NCBI GenBank assembly: GCA_034520965.1
Contig: JAXHMY010000003.1
Coordinates: forward strand, 320,001 to 384,000
DNA length: 64,000 nucleotides
Direction: 5' to 3'
From: Spirochaetia bacterium
GTDB lineage: Bacteria > Spirochaetota > Spirochaetia > DSM-16054 > Sediminispirochaetaceae
Both the position numbers and the translations under genes were made by a program. A model generated the notes under the pieces. The model saw nothing but the letters and a program-made list of their open reading frames with translations, was not told the DNA's origin and made no database searches. Of the stretch, positions 1-11,902 are shown piece after piece (the stretch's first letter is position 1; every line of letters starts with the position of its first letter).

Positions 1-1
1 T

Positions 2-121
2 GAACAGATTGGCGCAATCGAGGAGATCCTTCGAAGCCGAGGATATCAGGGAATTAAATCTTACCCCGATTTAAGCGGACGCAACCGCGCCGTAAGCGGA
101 TATAAACCATATGTTGAGTAG
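2..121 (+). CDS. prmC: 3' end of release factor glutamine methyltransferase PrmC/HemK (partial)
   Basis: Frame from base 2 reads EQIGAIEEILRSRGYQGIKSYPDLSGRNRAVSG...VE*; DLSGRNR matches the PrmC C-terminal DLxGxxR motif; prmC precedes rel in spirochaetes. Confidence 0.65.
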   Translation, partial: EQIGAIEEILRSRGYQGIKSYPDLSGRNRAVSGYKPYVE

Positions 122-2201
122 AATTGAGAAGTTCAAACAGGAACTAACCCGTTACACAGAAAAGGAACGCGAGCGCATACGCGACGCGGCAGAATGGGCG
201 AAAGAGCTGCACGTTGAGCAGCAGCGTGCCAGTGGTGAGCCCTATTTTATCCATCCCCTGCAGGTAGCTGAAATTCTCGTCGATATGCAGCTGGATTCCG
301 ATACAATTATCGCCGCGCTGCTGCACGATGTGTTAGAAGATACAGTAATAGAAGAGCCGGAACTGAGAAAGCGATTCGGTCGACAAGTAAGCTCACTGGT
401 AGACGGTGTGACAAAGATATCGATAGTCAAGGCTAAAAGCAAAAGTGTGCAAGAGTCCGAGACTATTCGAAAAATGCTGTTCGCGATGACTAAGGATATT
501 CGGGTTATCATCATTAAACTGGCGGACAAATACCACAATATGAGCACCCTCGAACATCTGTCGAAGGACAGAAGAAAGGCTATCGCTACGGAGTGCCTCG
601 ATATCTATGCTCCCCTTGCAGATCGACTGGGTATTTCGTGGATGAAAACCGGATTAGAAGACCTTGCAATGAAGGAGCTCAATCCGGAAGCCTACAGCTC
701 TATACGAAAATACCTTACCTCCAAAAAACTGGAACGTTCCAACTACCTGAAAAAGATCGAACGTCAAATATATACATCTGCCAAGAAAGAAGATATTGAT
801 ATTACCGTATCTACCCGAACGAAGCACTACTATTCCATCCATCAAAAAATGAAGCGCCGCGGGAAAGATATTGATGAGATATACGACTTGCTCGGCATCA
901 GGGTACTATGCCAGACAAGCAATGAATGCTACACCCTCTTGGGGATAATTCACAAATTGTGGCCGCCGATTGAAGGACGTTTTAAAGATTATATTGCCAT
1001 GCCCAAGGCAAACCACTATCAAAGTTTACATACCACGGTAATGAGCAACGATGGACGGCTGCTGGAGATTCAAGTGCGAACCTATGAAATGCATCAGACC
1101 GCTGAGTATGGTGTCGCAGCTCACTGGGCTTACAAACGGGCTTTTTCCGGAGCCCGGCTGAAGCCGGAAGAACTACCCATCATAAATAAACTGAAGAATT
1201 GGAACCGCCTTTCTTCCTCAGAGGATTTCTTTCATAATATAAAATCTGAATTACTGCGGGACTCAATTTACGTATTTACACCACGCGGGCATATAGTTGA
1301 ACTGCCGAAAAATTCGTCGGCTATTGATTTTGCCTACCACATCCATACAGAAGTCGGGAACCGGACAGTCGGAGCCAAGGCGGACGGATCGATTATCCCC
1401 CTTAACCAGCCCCTGAAAAACACTCAGGTTATAGAGATCATGACTTCGAACAAGGCCAGACCGCATGTAAATTGGCTAAAGTTCGCTAGAACGGCTAGTG
1501 CCCGTCAAAAAATCAGGCACTGGTTAAATAAAAACGAAGAAAATCTATTTATTGACAAGAGCATCATCGCCAAGAAACGGCCTGCCGAACAAGCCGGGCA
1601 TACTGAGGGGAAAAAAGAAAGCAGTAAACCTCAGGAACAGCAGGAGGCAACTGAGAGCGACACGATCATCAAACAGGTGGTAGACCGCACCAAAGTCGCA
1701 TTCCGTATCGGCAACGAAAAAAATATGATGATCAGTATTGCCAATTGCTGTAACCCCTCAAACGGGGACGATATAATCGGCTATGTGAGCCGGGGGCGGG
1801 GGATTATTGTTCACCGGCGTGATTGCCCGAATCTCAAGCACATACAAGATTTTGAAAACCGCAGCGTTGAGGTTGAGTGGGAAACTTCTTCACCAAAGGA
1901 GGTTCGCCGCTTCAGAGTCACCTCCCGCATGACCTCCGATCTTTTCTCTGAAATTGAAGGAGCGGTGCGCAAGTATCACGGCCATTTAATCGAAGGAAAA
2001 TTGGAAGAGGACGAACGGGGAAATTTAAGCGGCCGATTCTCGATGGAAATAGAAAAACGCGATGACTTTAAAAAGGTGATAAAGGCTATCCGAACAATAC
2101 CTTCTGTAATTAAATATTCAAGCCCATCTGATCGGTATCAACTCAGAGTTTTATGCACATCAAGCCAGAAAGTCTCCTTATCGATAGTTCCTTTTAAGTA
2201 G
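111..2201 (+). CDS. rel: Bifunctional (p)ppGpp synthetase/hydrolase (long RSH)
   Basis: HD hydrolase (ALLHDVLED), synthetase motifs (KDYIA, YQSLHT, EIQVRT), TGS (VFTP), CC zinc motif (CCNP, HRRDC), ACT-like end; true stop may be near 2131 if the terminal indels are errors. Confidence 0.95.
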   Translation: MLSRIEKFKQELTRYTEKERERIRDAAEWAKELHVEQQRASGEPYFIHPLQVAEILVDMQLDSDTIIAALLHDVLEDTVIEEPELRKRFGRQVSSLVDGVTKISIVKAKSKSVQESETIRKMLFAMTKDIRVIIIKLADKYHNMSTLEHLSKDRRKAIATECLDIYAPLADRLGISWMKTGLEDLAMKELNPEAYSSIRKYLTSKKLERSNYLKKIERQIYTSAKKEDIDITVSTRTKHYYSIHQKMKRRGKDIDEIYDLLGIRVLCQTSNECYTLLGIIHKLWPPIEGRFKDYIAMPKANHYQSLHTTVMSNDGRLLEIQVRTYEMHQTAEYGVAAHWAYKRAFSGARLKPEELPIINKLKNWNRLSSSEDFFHNIKSELLRDSIYVFTPRGHIVELPKNSSAIDFAYHIHTEVGNRTVGAKADGSIIPLNQPLKNTQVIEIMTSNKARPHVNWLKFARTASARQKIRHWLNKNEENLFIDKSIIAKKRPAEQAGHTEGKKESSKPQEQQEATESDTIIKQVVDRTKVAFRIGNEKNMMISIANCCNPSNGDDIIGYVSRGRGIIVHRRDCPNLKHIQDFENRSVEVEWETSSPKEVRRFRVTSRMTSDLFSEIEGAVRKYHGHLIEGKLEEDERGNLSGRFSMEIEKRDDFKKVIKAIRTIPSVIKYSSPSDRYQLRVLCTSSQKVSLSIVPFK

Positions 2202-2721
2202 AGAGAAAGTGCTTCTCTAATATCCGGGGGAAACCACTTCCAGTATTTTTCCTGCCACTCCCCCATCTCCTGCCGCAGTTGAGACTGCTGACGCACCGAG
2301 AGACGTCCCTCTGAATATTCAATAAACTGCTCTATCATGGCAATCATCATATCAAAGGGAATATTACTCTCTTTTTCTGCTGAGCCCGGCGGGGAGTGCT
2401 CTCAGGATCGGGGATCCAGGCCTTCAATAATTCGCGCACCTGTTCATCCGACAGTTCGGGTGCTTCCTTGCGAATTATATCCACCGCAAAATTTTTGATC
2501 ATATTGCGAACGGTACTTTTGGAATAACTTACCTGTTCAGATACACTGTGGGCAGACTCCTCGGCAATCTTCTTTGGAGCAAACTGAAAAGCGGAGCTGC
2601 CGCCCCCCTCTTCATCCTCACCAGCCCGGCGCTGCAGTGCAGCCCGAATTACCTCGAGGTCATCCTCGGTTGCCTGATTGAGAATAGCATCAACTACTTT
2701 GTACAGCTGGTCTCGATCCAT
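2138..2721 (-). CDS. Hypothetical protein split into two ORFs (2347-2721 and 2138-2350), probably one gene
   Basis: Adjacent same-strand ORFs read through with a single-base shift near 2360-2375. Confidence 0.55.
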
Positions 2722-2735
2722 ATTAATTCACAACC

Positions 2736-3845
2736 CTAGACGTTAAACTTAAAATGTACTACATCTCCGTCCTGTACTTTGTACTCTTTTCCTTCTATCC
2801 GTAATTTGCCGGCTACCCGCAATTTTTGCTCACTGCCGTATTCAAACAGATCGCTGCAATGGTACACTTCGGCTTTAATAAACCCTCGCTCAAAATCCGT
2901 ATGTATAACTCCAGCAGCCTGAGGGGCGGTATCACCGGCATGAAAGGTCCACGCTCGGTCCTCATCGGGTCCGGCGGTAAAGAAAGTCCTTAGCCCAAGC
3001 AGGGAATAGCCGGCGTGAATGAGACGGTTCATACCCGATTCTTTTAAACCGGCGGACTCCAAAAATTCAGCCTTCTCTTCAGCCGACTCCAAGTCGGCGA
3101 TTTCCGACTCAAGTTTGCCGCAAATAGCGAGCACCTCGGCCTCCTCCTGCGCGGCTATCTCGGTTACCTTCGACACATGATTATTTCCGGACACAATTCC
3201 ATCTTCATCAACATTGCATACGTATATTTGAGGTTTGAGGGTAATAAGATGCAGGTCATGCAACAGGTGCAACTGATCATCGGTCAGCTCAACCGAGCGG
3301 GCCGGCTGCCCCTCCTGCAAGGCTTCATACAATTTCCGCAAAAGCGGCTCCTGGGCTGCTGCCTGTTTCGCCGCTTCTGTTTTGCCGGTTCGCAGCACTT
3401 TCTGGTTTTTCTCAATCCGTTTATCAACAGTCTCAAGATCAGCTAAGGCCAATTCAGTATTGATGGTATCAATATCCCGCTGAGGATCGATGTTTCCGCT
3501 TACATGGACCACATCAGGGTCCTCGAAACAGCGAACAATATGCACTATTACGCCAACCTCGCGTATGTGTGACAGGAAGCGGTTGCCAAGGCCCTCACCT
3601 TTGGAGGCCCCTGCCACCAATCCGGCTATATCGACAAACTCCACCACAGCGGGAACCACCTTTGCAGGGGGAATTAGCTCCACTATTTTATCCAGCCGCG
3701 AATCCGGTACGCTCACTATACCCACATTCGGGTCTATAGTGCAAAACGGATAATTGGCGGCTTCCGCCGGAGCTGAAGTGAGCGCTGAAAAAAGGGTCGA
3801 CTTACCGACATTAGGCAATCCTACAATACCGCAATTTAGTCCCAT
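2736..3845 (-). CDS. ychF: Ribosome-binding ATPase YchF
   Basis: [40 protein letters not shown]-terminal TGS ([10 protein letters not shown]). Confidence 0.97.
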   Translation of the reverse strand: MGLNCGIVGLPNVGKSTLFSALTSAPAEAANYPFCTIDPNVGIVSVPDSRLDKIVELIPPAKVVPAVVEFVDIAGLVAGASKGEGLGNRFLSHIREVGVIVHIVRCFEDPDVVHVSGNIDPQRDIDTINTELALADLETVDKRIEKNQKVLRTGKTEAAKQAAAQEPLLRKLYEALQEGQPARSVELTDDQLHLLHDLHLITLKPQIYVCNVDEDGIVSGNNHVSKVTEIAAQEEAEVLAICGKLESEIADLESAEEKAEFLESAGLKESGMNRLIHAGYSLLGLRTFFTAGPDEDRAWTFHAGDTAPQAAGVIHTDFERGFIKAEVYHCSDLFEYGSEQKLRVAGKLRIEGKEYKVQDGDVVHFKFNV

Positions 3846-3941
3846 ATATTTGTTCCTATCCTCTGCATTTCACGGGGGAATCTTAAAAAGATAATTATTT
3901 TGTGTCTCTTCACTGAAACGTACCTTAAGCTTGGAAAAATT

Positions 3942-4127
3942 TCAATCCTTCACCGCCGGCGAACGCTGGAAGGCCGGACAATGGTAACCGGTGCTTCGAT
4001 ACACTAATCGGCTTGGAAGCTCACGGCTTCTTATTCCAAACTGGCGACAGCCTCTTGGGAATTTCCGATCCCAAGTTACGTAGAAAAAAAGACACTTCAG
4101 ACAGTTAGGTGCTCGCGTTGTCGACAT
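3942..4127 (-). CDS. Small Cys-rich hypothetical protein (61 aa)
   Basis: CxxC..YVTWD..FPRGC..FG..S..LPS..V...TG..C pattern typical of a widespread small-protein family; fills the gap between hppA and ychF on the same strand. Confidence 0.65.
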   Translation of the reverse strand: MSTTRAPNCLKCLFFYVTWDRKFPRGCRQFGIRSRELPSRLVYRSTGYHCPAFQRSPAVKD

Positions 4128-4150
4128 AGCAGTACCTTACTATTATCACT

Positions 4151-6182
4151 TTACACCGCCACCAGTACTATTGCGATTATTGCTAGTAACTTCATCAAAA
4201 TATCCATAACCGGACCGACTGCATCCTTGAGAGGATCACCCACTGTATCGCTTATAACCGAAGCACGATGGGAAGCTGACCCCTTACCGCCGTATGCACC
4301 AGCCTCAATATGTTTTTTTGCGTTATCCCAACCGGCTCCGGCAGTACTCATCCACAGAGCCAGCATAGTTCCGCTTACCAGAACGCCTATTAAAAAACCT
4401 CCCAGCATAGTTTCTCCGCCCACAAGCCATATTAAAATCGGAACCACTACGTGCCAATAGGCTCGGCAGAAGTACCCTTCGGAATGATTCTATCTCAATT
4501 AAACGGTTAAATTTTTCATATATCGGTATTTCCTCCAAATGGGGCTCATCAATGAGACTGTCCATCGGATGGCGTGCTAAAATCTTCCGAACCTCTCCAA
4601 TCAACACCACGGACACCCGGTTTACCGCACTGAGTATGAAGGCGGAAAATGCAAATGGAAAAGCTCCACCCAGGAAAATACCTAGTAAGACCGGCAGCTG
4701 TGTAAGATCAATTAGCTCTATTTCTGCAACTTCCTTGTAGGCAATAAACAGCACCAAGGTGGTGAAGGCAGCGGAAATAATGGAGTAGCCCTTTCCAACT
4801 GCATTAAATAGATTTCCCACCGCATCAAGCTTATCGGTCCGTTCGCGAGTAGCCGGTGTAAGCTGGGCACGAACCGCTAGTCCTCCCGCATTATCGGTAA
4901 TCGGTCCGGATGCATCTACCGCAACCTGAATCCCCGATCCGGCTAACAGGCCTACAGCTGCAATACCCAGGCCGTATATCCCAAAACTCTGGAATGCGGC
5001 AAACGCCGCTGCAGAAAACAGAAGAATTGGCAACCCAACCGCCAGCATACCGACCGCCATGCCTTCTGTGATTGCCGGCGGTGCGCCAAACTCGGTCATT
5101 CCGGCGATTCCTACTACCGGAGAACGGGTACGACTTGTGTAATAATTGGTGATATAACTGATTAATATTCCCGTACTAATTCCAACCGCATAGGCCCCGG
5201 TAATCCGTATGGCAGTATCTGCTGGAAACATATAAAACATAATCATAAAACCAAACCCCAGGGCTAACAGGTCACCCGAGACAATACCGCGAAAAATAGC
5301 TTTATAGGGGTTTCCATAATCGGGCATCCGAACCAGGTAATAGGCAATAATCGAAGCTGCAATACCGGCAGTCATAAGGATTAGAGGAAGATATGTAAGG
5401 GAGGTGCTCTTCATCGAAGCTCCAATGATCATAGCACCTGCAATCGATCCTACATAAGATTCGCCGGCATCCAGGCCGAGCCCGCCGATATCAGCCACAT
5501 TGTCGCCGATGTTGTCTGCTAAAGATGCCGGATTACGGGGATCGTCCTCGTCTAATCCAAACTCGTTCTTACCAACTGTATCGGCGCTCACATCAGCCGC
5601 TTTTGCATATATACCGCCGGCCATGCGGCCCAGCAAAGCCACGATCCCTGCCCCTAAGGCATAGCCGGAGAGTACAGGAAGCACCGTACACTCCAGGCTG
5701 AGAGCACCACAGTCCGCCACCTGGGTAAACAGGAGAAAAAGCAGAGTAAGGCCGGTAAGAACCAAACCGACAACCGACAACCCCATCACGCTGCCCCCTC
5801 GTAAAGCGGTTTGCAGGGCCAAGAAAGTACTCCGGCTGGAGGCCTCTGCAGTCCTGATATTACTTGCAGTCGAAGCCCATACCCCGCAGGCACTTGCGGT
5901 CGTTGTAAGAACCGCTCCGGTTATTAGGGAAACCATTATAAAACGCATAGGACCATCAGTTAAAAAAAATAGGATTACTCCTATAAGTAAAACGAATAAG
6001 GCAAAGAGGATTGACTGCCGCAAAGTAAAGCGTCGCACCCCGCTTTTTATTAAATCTGCCTGCTGTATGAGAACTGAATTCTGTGGAGTTTGCCGGTGCA
6101 GCCACCACATTCGTCCGGCCGCAAACAGTAGAGCCACAACACCACCTATAATCGGCACAATTAAGTATTCACTCATTGTCAC
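4151..6182 (-). CDS. hppA: Membrane-bound Na+/H+-translocating pyrophosphatase, divergent; split by a +1 indel near 4452
   Basis: KAADVSADTVGK, EDDPRNP, DNIGDNV, GPITDNAGG, WDNAKK, DTVGDPLKD motifs and many TM segments across ORFs 4323-6182 and 4151-4447. Confidence 0.88.
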
Positions 6183-6322
6183 AGCTTACAATAAATTCTT
6201 TTTTCCGTGAAGCGAGCCGGCAATATGGCAAACCTCTATTCGACTCATAGCTTTAGCAATTGAGGCTGTTATAGCTTCTGCGTGGATTGACGTAAACCCA
6301 ACTGCGGTTTATCGTAAACTTA

Positions 6323-7606
6323 ATGAACAACACATCTTTACCCGCCCAGCAGGCCTTACTGCTGACCCTGCGCACTCCTGATTTAAGCGAACAGCAGTGC
6401 ATAAACTACTTAGACGAATTAGAGAGTCTCTGTACCACCCTTGGGATAGAGCCGATTGAGCGACTGGTTGTACCGATTAAACACCTTCATCCCCGCTTCC
6501 TGGTGGGCTCAGGAAAGGCCCAGGAACTAGCGGAGATAGCTGATGATATTGGAGCCGATTGTATTATATTCGATGACACTATTTCGCCCTCGCAACAGCG
6601 GAACCTCGAACAGATTTCCGGTCTATGTGTAATCGACCGGCAGGAAGTACATTCCTAGAGATTTTTAGCGAACATGCCCCGGACAAAGGAGGCATTACTC
6701 CAAGTAGGCTTGGCCCGCATGGAGTACAGCCTCCCCCGCTTAACTCGAGCCTGGACGCACCTTTCAAGACAGCGTGGAGGTACCCGTGGTACCCGTGGCG
6801 AAGGTGAAACTCAGCTTGAAGTTGACCGCCGGGTGGTCCTCAATAAAATAACAAAGTTAAAACGGGAGCTTGCAAAGCTTCAGTCGCAACGTACAACCCG
6901 CCGCAAGCAGCGCACCAGCATTCCCGTACCAACCGGCGCGCTGGTGGGCTATACTAATGCCGGTAAATCTTCGCTTCTGAATACCCTTACCGGCTCCTCG
7001 GCGGTTGTGGAGGACCAGCTGTTTGCTACCCTCGACCCCACCACTAAAAAGATGGAACTTCCGGGGGGAACCAAAGTACTGCTCACCGATACCGTCGGGT
7101 TTATACGAAAACTTCCTCATAACCTGATCGACGCTTTTCATTCTACCCTCGAGGAGACAGTTGTAGCGGATATTCTTATTCATATACTCGATGCCTCCAA
7201 CCCCGAAGTACGGCAGCACATTAAAACTACCGAAGAGGTGTTGAGTGAACTGGAAGCTAGTGACACCCCCACACTACTGGTTTTTAATAAAATTGATCTG
7301 TGCAAGGACGAACTGCACCTCGCACAACTGCACAGCGAATATCCACATGCGTTATTTGTCTCGATTAAAGAAAATAGTGGTATAGATACAATTTCCCAGG
7401 AACTCGAAGAGATACTGTTCCACTCAACCCCGCAGGTGCTTTTTAAGTTCCCCTTATCCAAGTACGATTTAGTGGCGGAAATCCATCGCAGCGGAAAAGT
7501 TATTCACGAGGAATATCAGGATGATTCAGTGTTAATTGAGGCCCGGGTTCCGGTCAAGCTAAAGTACAAACTTGCTGAGTACACTCAGCATTTTCAAAAA
7601 GCATAG
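6323..7606 (+). CDS. hflX: GTPase HflX; split by indels near 6650-6680
   Basis: GSGKAQE, SPSQQRNLE, RGEGETQLEVDRR, GYTNAGKSSL, LFATLDPT, DTVGF, NKID. Confidence 0.93.
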
Positions 7607-7639
7607 CTTGGTACGAGCACACCGGCTAAGGAGCATTCC

Positions 7640-8245
7640 TTGTTTTCAGCAGCCCTGCTTGCAGATTTTGTAGTTGCTCTTCATTTAGGTTATTTACTGT
7701 TTACCCTTGGCGGAGAACTTTTGATTCTTCTGGGAGCTCTACTTCATTGGCGATGGATTCGTAGACAGCTGTTCAGATTACTGCACCTAATAGCGGTATT
7801 ATTAGTCGCCGTTGAAGCACTCATTGGCTATTTATGCCCACTTACTCAGCTTGAGCACTTTCTTCGAACTACGGCCGGCCAACAGGTCGAAACTGAAATT
7901 TCCTTTGTAGGCCGGCTGATTCGTTCCGTGCTGTTTTATGATTTTCCTGGTTGGTTTTTCACAGCGCTGTACATCGGTTTTGGACTGTTAGTACTGGTCA
8001 CTTATGTCTTGGTCCCGCCTCAACGAAAGCAGCCCGAAAAACCGCTACAAAAGAGTAACCGTAAAAGCAGTGATTTTTTAGCCCTTTTCTGCCTCGGCAC
8101 CCTCCAGATCGCCGTCAAAACCGGCGAACTCAAACAGCTCGCACTGGATCCAGATAAAATTGTTGTTTTCAGAAGGTACCAAAAAACGCGCAGATTCAAC
8201 CTCCGATCCGTCCTTGGTAAAAACGGTGACGCTTTCCACCCCTAA
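7640..8245 (+). CDS. DUF2784-like membrane protein; C-terminal extension past ~8075 doubtful
   Basis: LADFVVALH, RLLHL, CPLTQLE, FVGRLI..LFYDFP motifs; the 3' part overlaps a convergent gene. Confidence 0.7.
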   Translation: MFSAALLADFVVALHLGYLLFTLGGELLILLGALLHWRWIRRQLFRLLHLIAVLLVAVEALIGYLCPLTQLEHFLRTTAGQQVETEISFVGRLIRSVLFYDFPGWFFTALYIGFGLLVLVTYVLVPPQRKQPEKPLQKSNRKSSDFLALFCLGTLQIAVKTGELKQLALDPDKIVVFRRYQKTRRFNLRSVLGKNGDAFHP

Positions 8246-8383
8246 GACCGGGTACACTTTACCCTTGCGAAATAGTTTCGCTGTGCTTATGTAGTTTGAA
8301 GACATATGGGGGAAAAAATCTTGAAACGCCTTCTCCAGGTCGTTCTTTACTCTCACATAAAAAGGGGCCACTTGTTGGATCAT
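8078..8383 (-). CDS. Hypothetical protein (101 aa)
   Basis: Strong GAGGAGG RBS upstream and protein-like composition. Confidence 0.65.
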   Translation of the reverse strand: MIQQVAPFYVRVKNDLEKAFQDFFPHMSSNYISTAKLFRKGKVYPVLGVESVTVFTKDGSEVESARFLVPSENNNFIWIQCELFEFAGFDGDLEGAEAEKG

Positions 8384-8473
8384 ATATTGCAGAACCTCCT
8401 CAGCCTAAATATCAATCCCTACCCATAATATTATGTGGTAAAACGCTTTCTTGCAAGTCGGATAGAACCAGGA

Positions 8474-8513
8474 ATTCTAATTTTGGAAGTCTTTTGACTT
8501 CCAAAATTAAAAT
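8474..8513. repeat. REP-like palindrome, copy 1
   Basis: ATTCTAATTTTGGAAGTC-TTTT-GACTTCCAAAATTAAAAT, 18-bp arms with one mismatch; near-identical copy at 40324. Confidence 0.75.
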
Positions 8514-8705
8514 AACCTCAAACACTTTAAGCTAAGTTACTTGTATCTTAAACAAATGTGAGCATTGCAAAATGTTGAAATTTTTTAAATTTTTCAAATT
8601 TCGAGTATTGTGGATATAACAGAATCAACTAGTTTTATAAGAAACTCCATACGGTACAGGAATTGAATTTTTTCGCGGGTTTATATTATTATTTTACTAA
8701 TCATT

Positions 8706-10938
8706 ATGGAGGTATATATGAGTGCACCCGATCAACAGCATCACTCTTTTTCGGTGGAAGGGATGACCTGTGCCTCCTGTGCCCGAATAGTAGAACGTAA
8801 TCTCAACAAACTAGACGGAGTTGATTTTGTCTCCGTTAATCTGGCCACCCACAAGGCCTACGTAGTCTCCGAACCAACTGTCGAAACCCAGGATATTAAG
8901 CAAGCAGTTGAAAAAGGCGGATATACCTATAGTAAGGAAGTTGCCGGGGATGATGTCTTAGCCCGTCAGTTTGCCGCCTCTCGCAAGAAGATCAGAACAG
9001 CCCTGTACCTCACTCTTCCACTTATGGCGTTGATGATACTGCATATGAGCGGTATCCATGTTCCCTACTTTTTTGCCATAGAGGCGATAGTTGCCGGAGT
9101 AGTCCTTTTTGTTCCCGGCCGCAGCACTATTAATAGCGCATTTATCGCCCTTCGCCACTGGCATACCAATATGGACACCCTTGTTTCGGTAAGCGCCTTT
9201 GTATCCTGGCTCACGGCTATACTGGGGGCTGCGGGTATCCAGGAAATCTCCTTCGGATCGATTTCGGCCATGATAGTTACTTTTCATTTGGGAGGCCGCT
9301 ACATAGAAGCCCGGCTTAAACACAGAGCCGCTCAGGATGTTCGCTCCCTGCTGGATGTGCAGGCCCGCAATGCCCGCCTGCGTACCGACGCCGGAATCGA
9401 AGAGGTTCCTATTGAAGCAGTTAAACCTGGAGCACACGTACTGGTGCGGACAGGAGAAAAGATTCCCCTGGATGGAAGGATTATCGAAGGCTCGGCACTG
9501 GTAGATGAATCGATGGTTACCGGTGAGCCTGTGCCCTCTCCGCATGAACAGAACTCTCAGGTAATAGGTGGTACAATAGTTCAGCAGGGTTCGATTACCG
9601 TGGAAGTAGAGAAGGTCGGAGAAGACACTTTTCTCTCGCAGATGATTCGTCTGGTGGAAGAGGCGCAGTCCTCGCGAATCCCCCTACAGGCCCTGGCCGA
9701 CCGCATTAGCGTGTACTTTGTTCCGGCCATAATTGTAATCGCCTTGCTGTCCGGAAGCCTCTGGTACCTGCTGTACCCACAACTGCAGCCGCTTCTGCAA
9801 TGGGCATCTCAATACCTGTTCTGGCTCTACCCCGATCCGGGAGCCCCTACGGCCGGACTGTTTGTGTTTGTAACTGTGCTGGTAATTGCCTGTCCCTGCG
9901 CATTGGGCTTGGCAACCCCAATGGCATTAATTGCCGGCAGCGGAAAAGCGGCCACCCACGGTATATTAATAAAAAATGGTGAGGCCCTGCAGAATACCAA
10001 AACTCTGCGTTATCTGCTGATGGACAAAACCGGTACCATTACCCGTGGTCGACCGCAGGTAGTCGAAACCTCCCTTTCGAAGGACCTACTGCTGCGAGTA
10101 GCCGCAATCGAGTCGCATTCTATCCATCCCCTGGCAGCAGCAGTGGCCGAACACGCTTTCGGACATTCTAATCCCGATCAGTCCAATCTCGATCAGTTGC
10201 CGCATATTGAGGGGCTGGAAGAGACCGCCGGCGAGGGAATTCGCGGACGTATAGAGGGAATCGAGTATGGAATAGGAAAACCACGTTCTCCAGAAGCATA
10301 TCAAAAGCTGATGCAGCAGGGTTACACGGTAATCGAAGTAGAGGCTGATGGCGAAATAGCCGGGTGGATCGCTATTACCGACCCGATAAAACCTGAAGCA
10401 GCTGAGGCGGTACAGAGTCTGCACCGGATGGGAATTACCGCGGTGATGCTTACCGGAGGACTCTTATACCACCGCCCTCACGGTAGCGGCCAAGGTCGGA
10501 ATTGATGAGGTGATTGCGGAGGTGAGCCCGGATCGCAAAGCGGAAATGGTACGCCATTATCGCAGCATGGGTGCGCCGGTGGGAATGGTCGGCGACGGGA
10601 TTAACGATGCAGCCGCCCTTAAAACCGCAGATGTAGGCTTTGCCGTCGGAAGCGGAACGGATCTGTCCATTGAAAGCGCAGATATAGTGCTTATGCAGGA
10701 TAATTTGGCAGTTCTCAGCGCTGCAATAGAGATATCCCGAAAAACCGTGGATACCATCAAACAGAATCTCTTTTGGGCTTTCTTCTACAATTTAGTAGCC
10801 CTCCCCCTGGCGGCCCTCGGATTCCTGCATCCGGTAATAGCCGAACTGGCGATGCTTTTCAGTTCGATTAACGTGATTTTAAATTCCCTGAAAATTAGTA
10901 AAGGAGAAATCAATGCATTACAAATTCAACGTACCTGA
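8706..10938 (+). CDS. copA: Cu(I)-translocating P1B-type ATPase; split by a +1 indel near 10458
   Basis: N-terminal MTCASC HMA, TGE, CPC, DKTGT, HP, GDGIND, YN and MxxSS motifs. Confidence 0.92.
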
Positions 10939-11116
10939 TGTATCATGTGAGCACTGCAAAAACCGTATCGAGTCTACGCTATTAGCCCAGGGTTCGGTGA
11001 GCACGGCGGAGGTACACATAGAAGAAAAAACCGTCATCGTCGACTCTGAACTCCCTTCGGACAAGTTAATCGCTCTCATCGATGAGGCCGGTTACGATGC
11101 CGAACTGCTAGAGTAA
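10913..11116 (+). CDS. copZ: Copper chaperone (HMA domain)
   Basis: 67 aa, VSCEHC motif, AGY end, AAGGAG RBS, directly after copA. Confidence 0.85.
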   Translation: MHYKFNVPDVSCEHCKNRIESTLLAQGSVSTAEVHIEEKTVIVDSELPSDKLIALIDEAGYDAELLE

Positions 11117-11360
11117 AGAGGAAATTCGCTTACCATCCGGTAAACTTCGCCTGCTCGGTTCGTTTTTCGATCTCAGGTCTTAGCTCATCGTCAAAACAGT
11201 ATTTTTTCCATCCTCCCGCAGAAAAATAGTATTACGGGCTATATTATCAGCTCACTCACATCTGTGCCAATGAGATATTAAAATTTAAATGAATTTGCGA
11301 GAGAAGAATTTTAAGCTATAATTAAGGTAAGCAAAGATAAAATTCCGTAGGGGGAATTGT

Positions 11361-11807
11361 ATGGAAAACGTTAAAGACATTCTTAATCACAAGGGCAATC
11401 ATGTATGGGCGGTGAATCCTGACACAAAAGTACTGGAAGCACTCAAACTTATGGCCGATAAAAACATCGGGGCTATCTTGGTAGTCGATGACAAGGAAGA
11501 ACTGAAGGGTATTTTCTCGGAACGTGACTACGCACGCTACGCGGCTCATGCAAAAGAGGGCGAAGAATGCCCTTGGAACCACCCAGTCTCCCAGCTAATG
11601 ACATCCGAAGTACTGTATGTCACCGAAGATAAAAGTGTCGACCATTGCATGGGCATAATGACCAGCAAACGTCTGCGCCACATACCGGTCATGCAAAACA
11701 ATAAGGTTATCGGTCTAATTTCAATCGGAGATATTGTAAAGGCGGAGCTCGGAAAAAAGGATTTTATTATCGACCAGATGGAGCATTACGTCTGGGATAA
11801 TACCTGA
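11361..11807 (+). CDS. CBS domain protein
   Basis: GIFSERDY, RHIPV, GLISIGDIVK motifs. Confidence 0.9.
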   Translation: MENVKDILNHKGNHVWAVNPDTKVLEALKLMADKNIGAILVVDDKEELKGIFSERDYARYAAHAKEGEECPWNHPVSQLMTSEVLYVTEDKSVDHCMGIMTSKRLRHIPVMQNNKVIGLISIGDIVKAELGKKDFIIDQMEHYVWDNT

Positions 11808-11835
11808 CAGCAGTACCCAATAGCAACAAAATAAA

Positions 11836-11871
11836 ACCTGAAGGAGGGCTTCGATAAGTCCTCCTTCAGGT
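11836..11871 (-). terminator. Intrinsic terminator hairpin between convergent genes
   Basis: ACCTGAAGGAGGGCTT-CGAT-AAGTCCTCCTTCAGGT, with a T-run following on the minus strand. Confidence 0.75.
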
Positions 11872-11902
11872 CGGAATAGATTACGCGAAGCGGCATGCGA
11901 AA

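Noticed and set aside
8641..8670. CsoR-type operator upstream of copA
   Set aside because: Only a weak resemblance to the TAC-C/G-tract-GTA pseudo-palindrome
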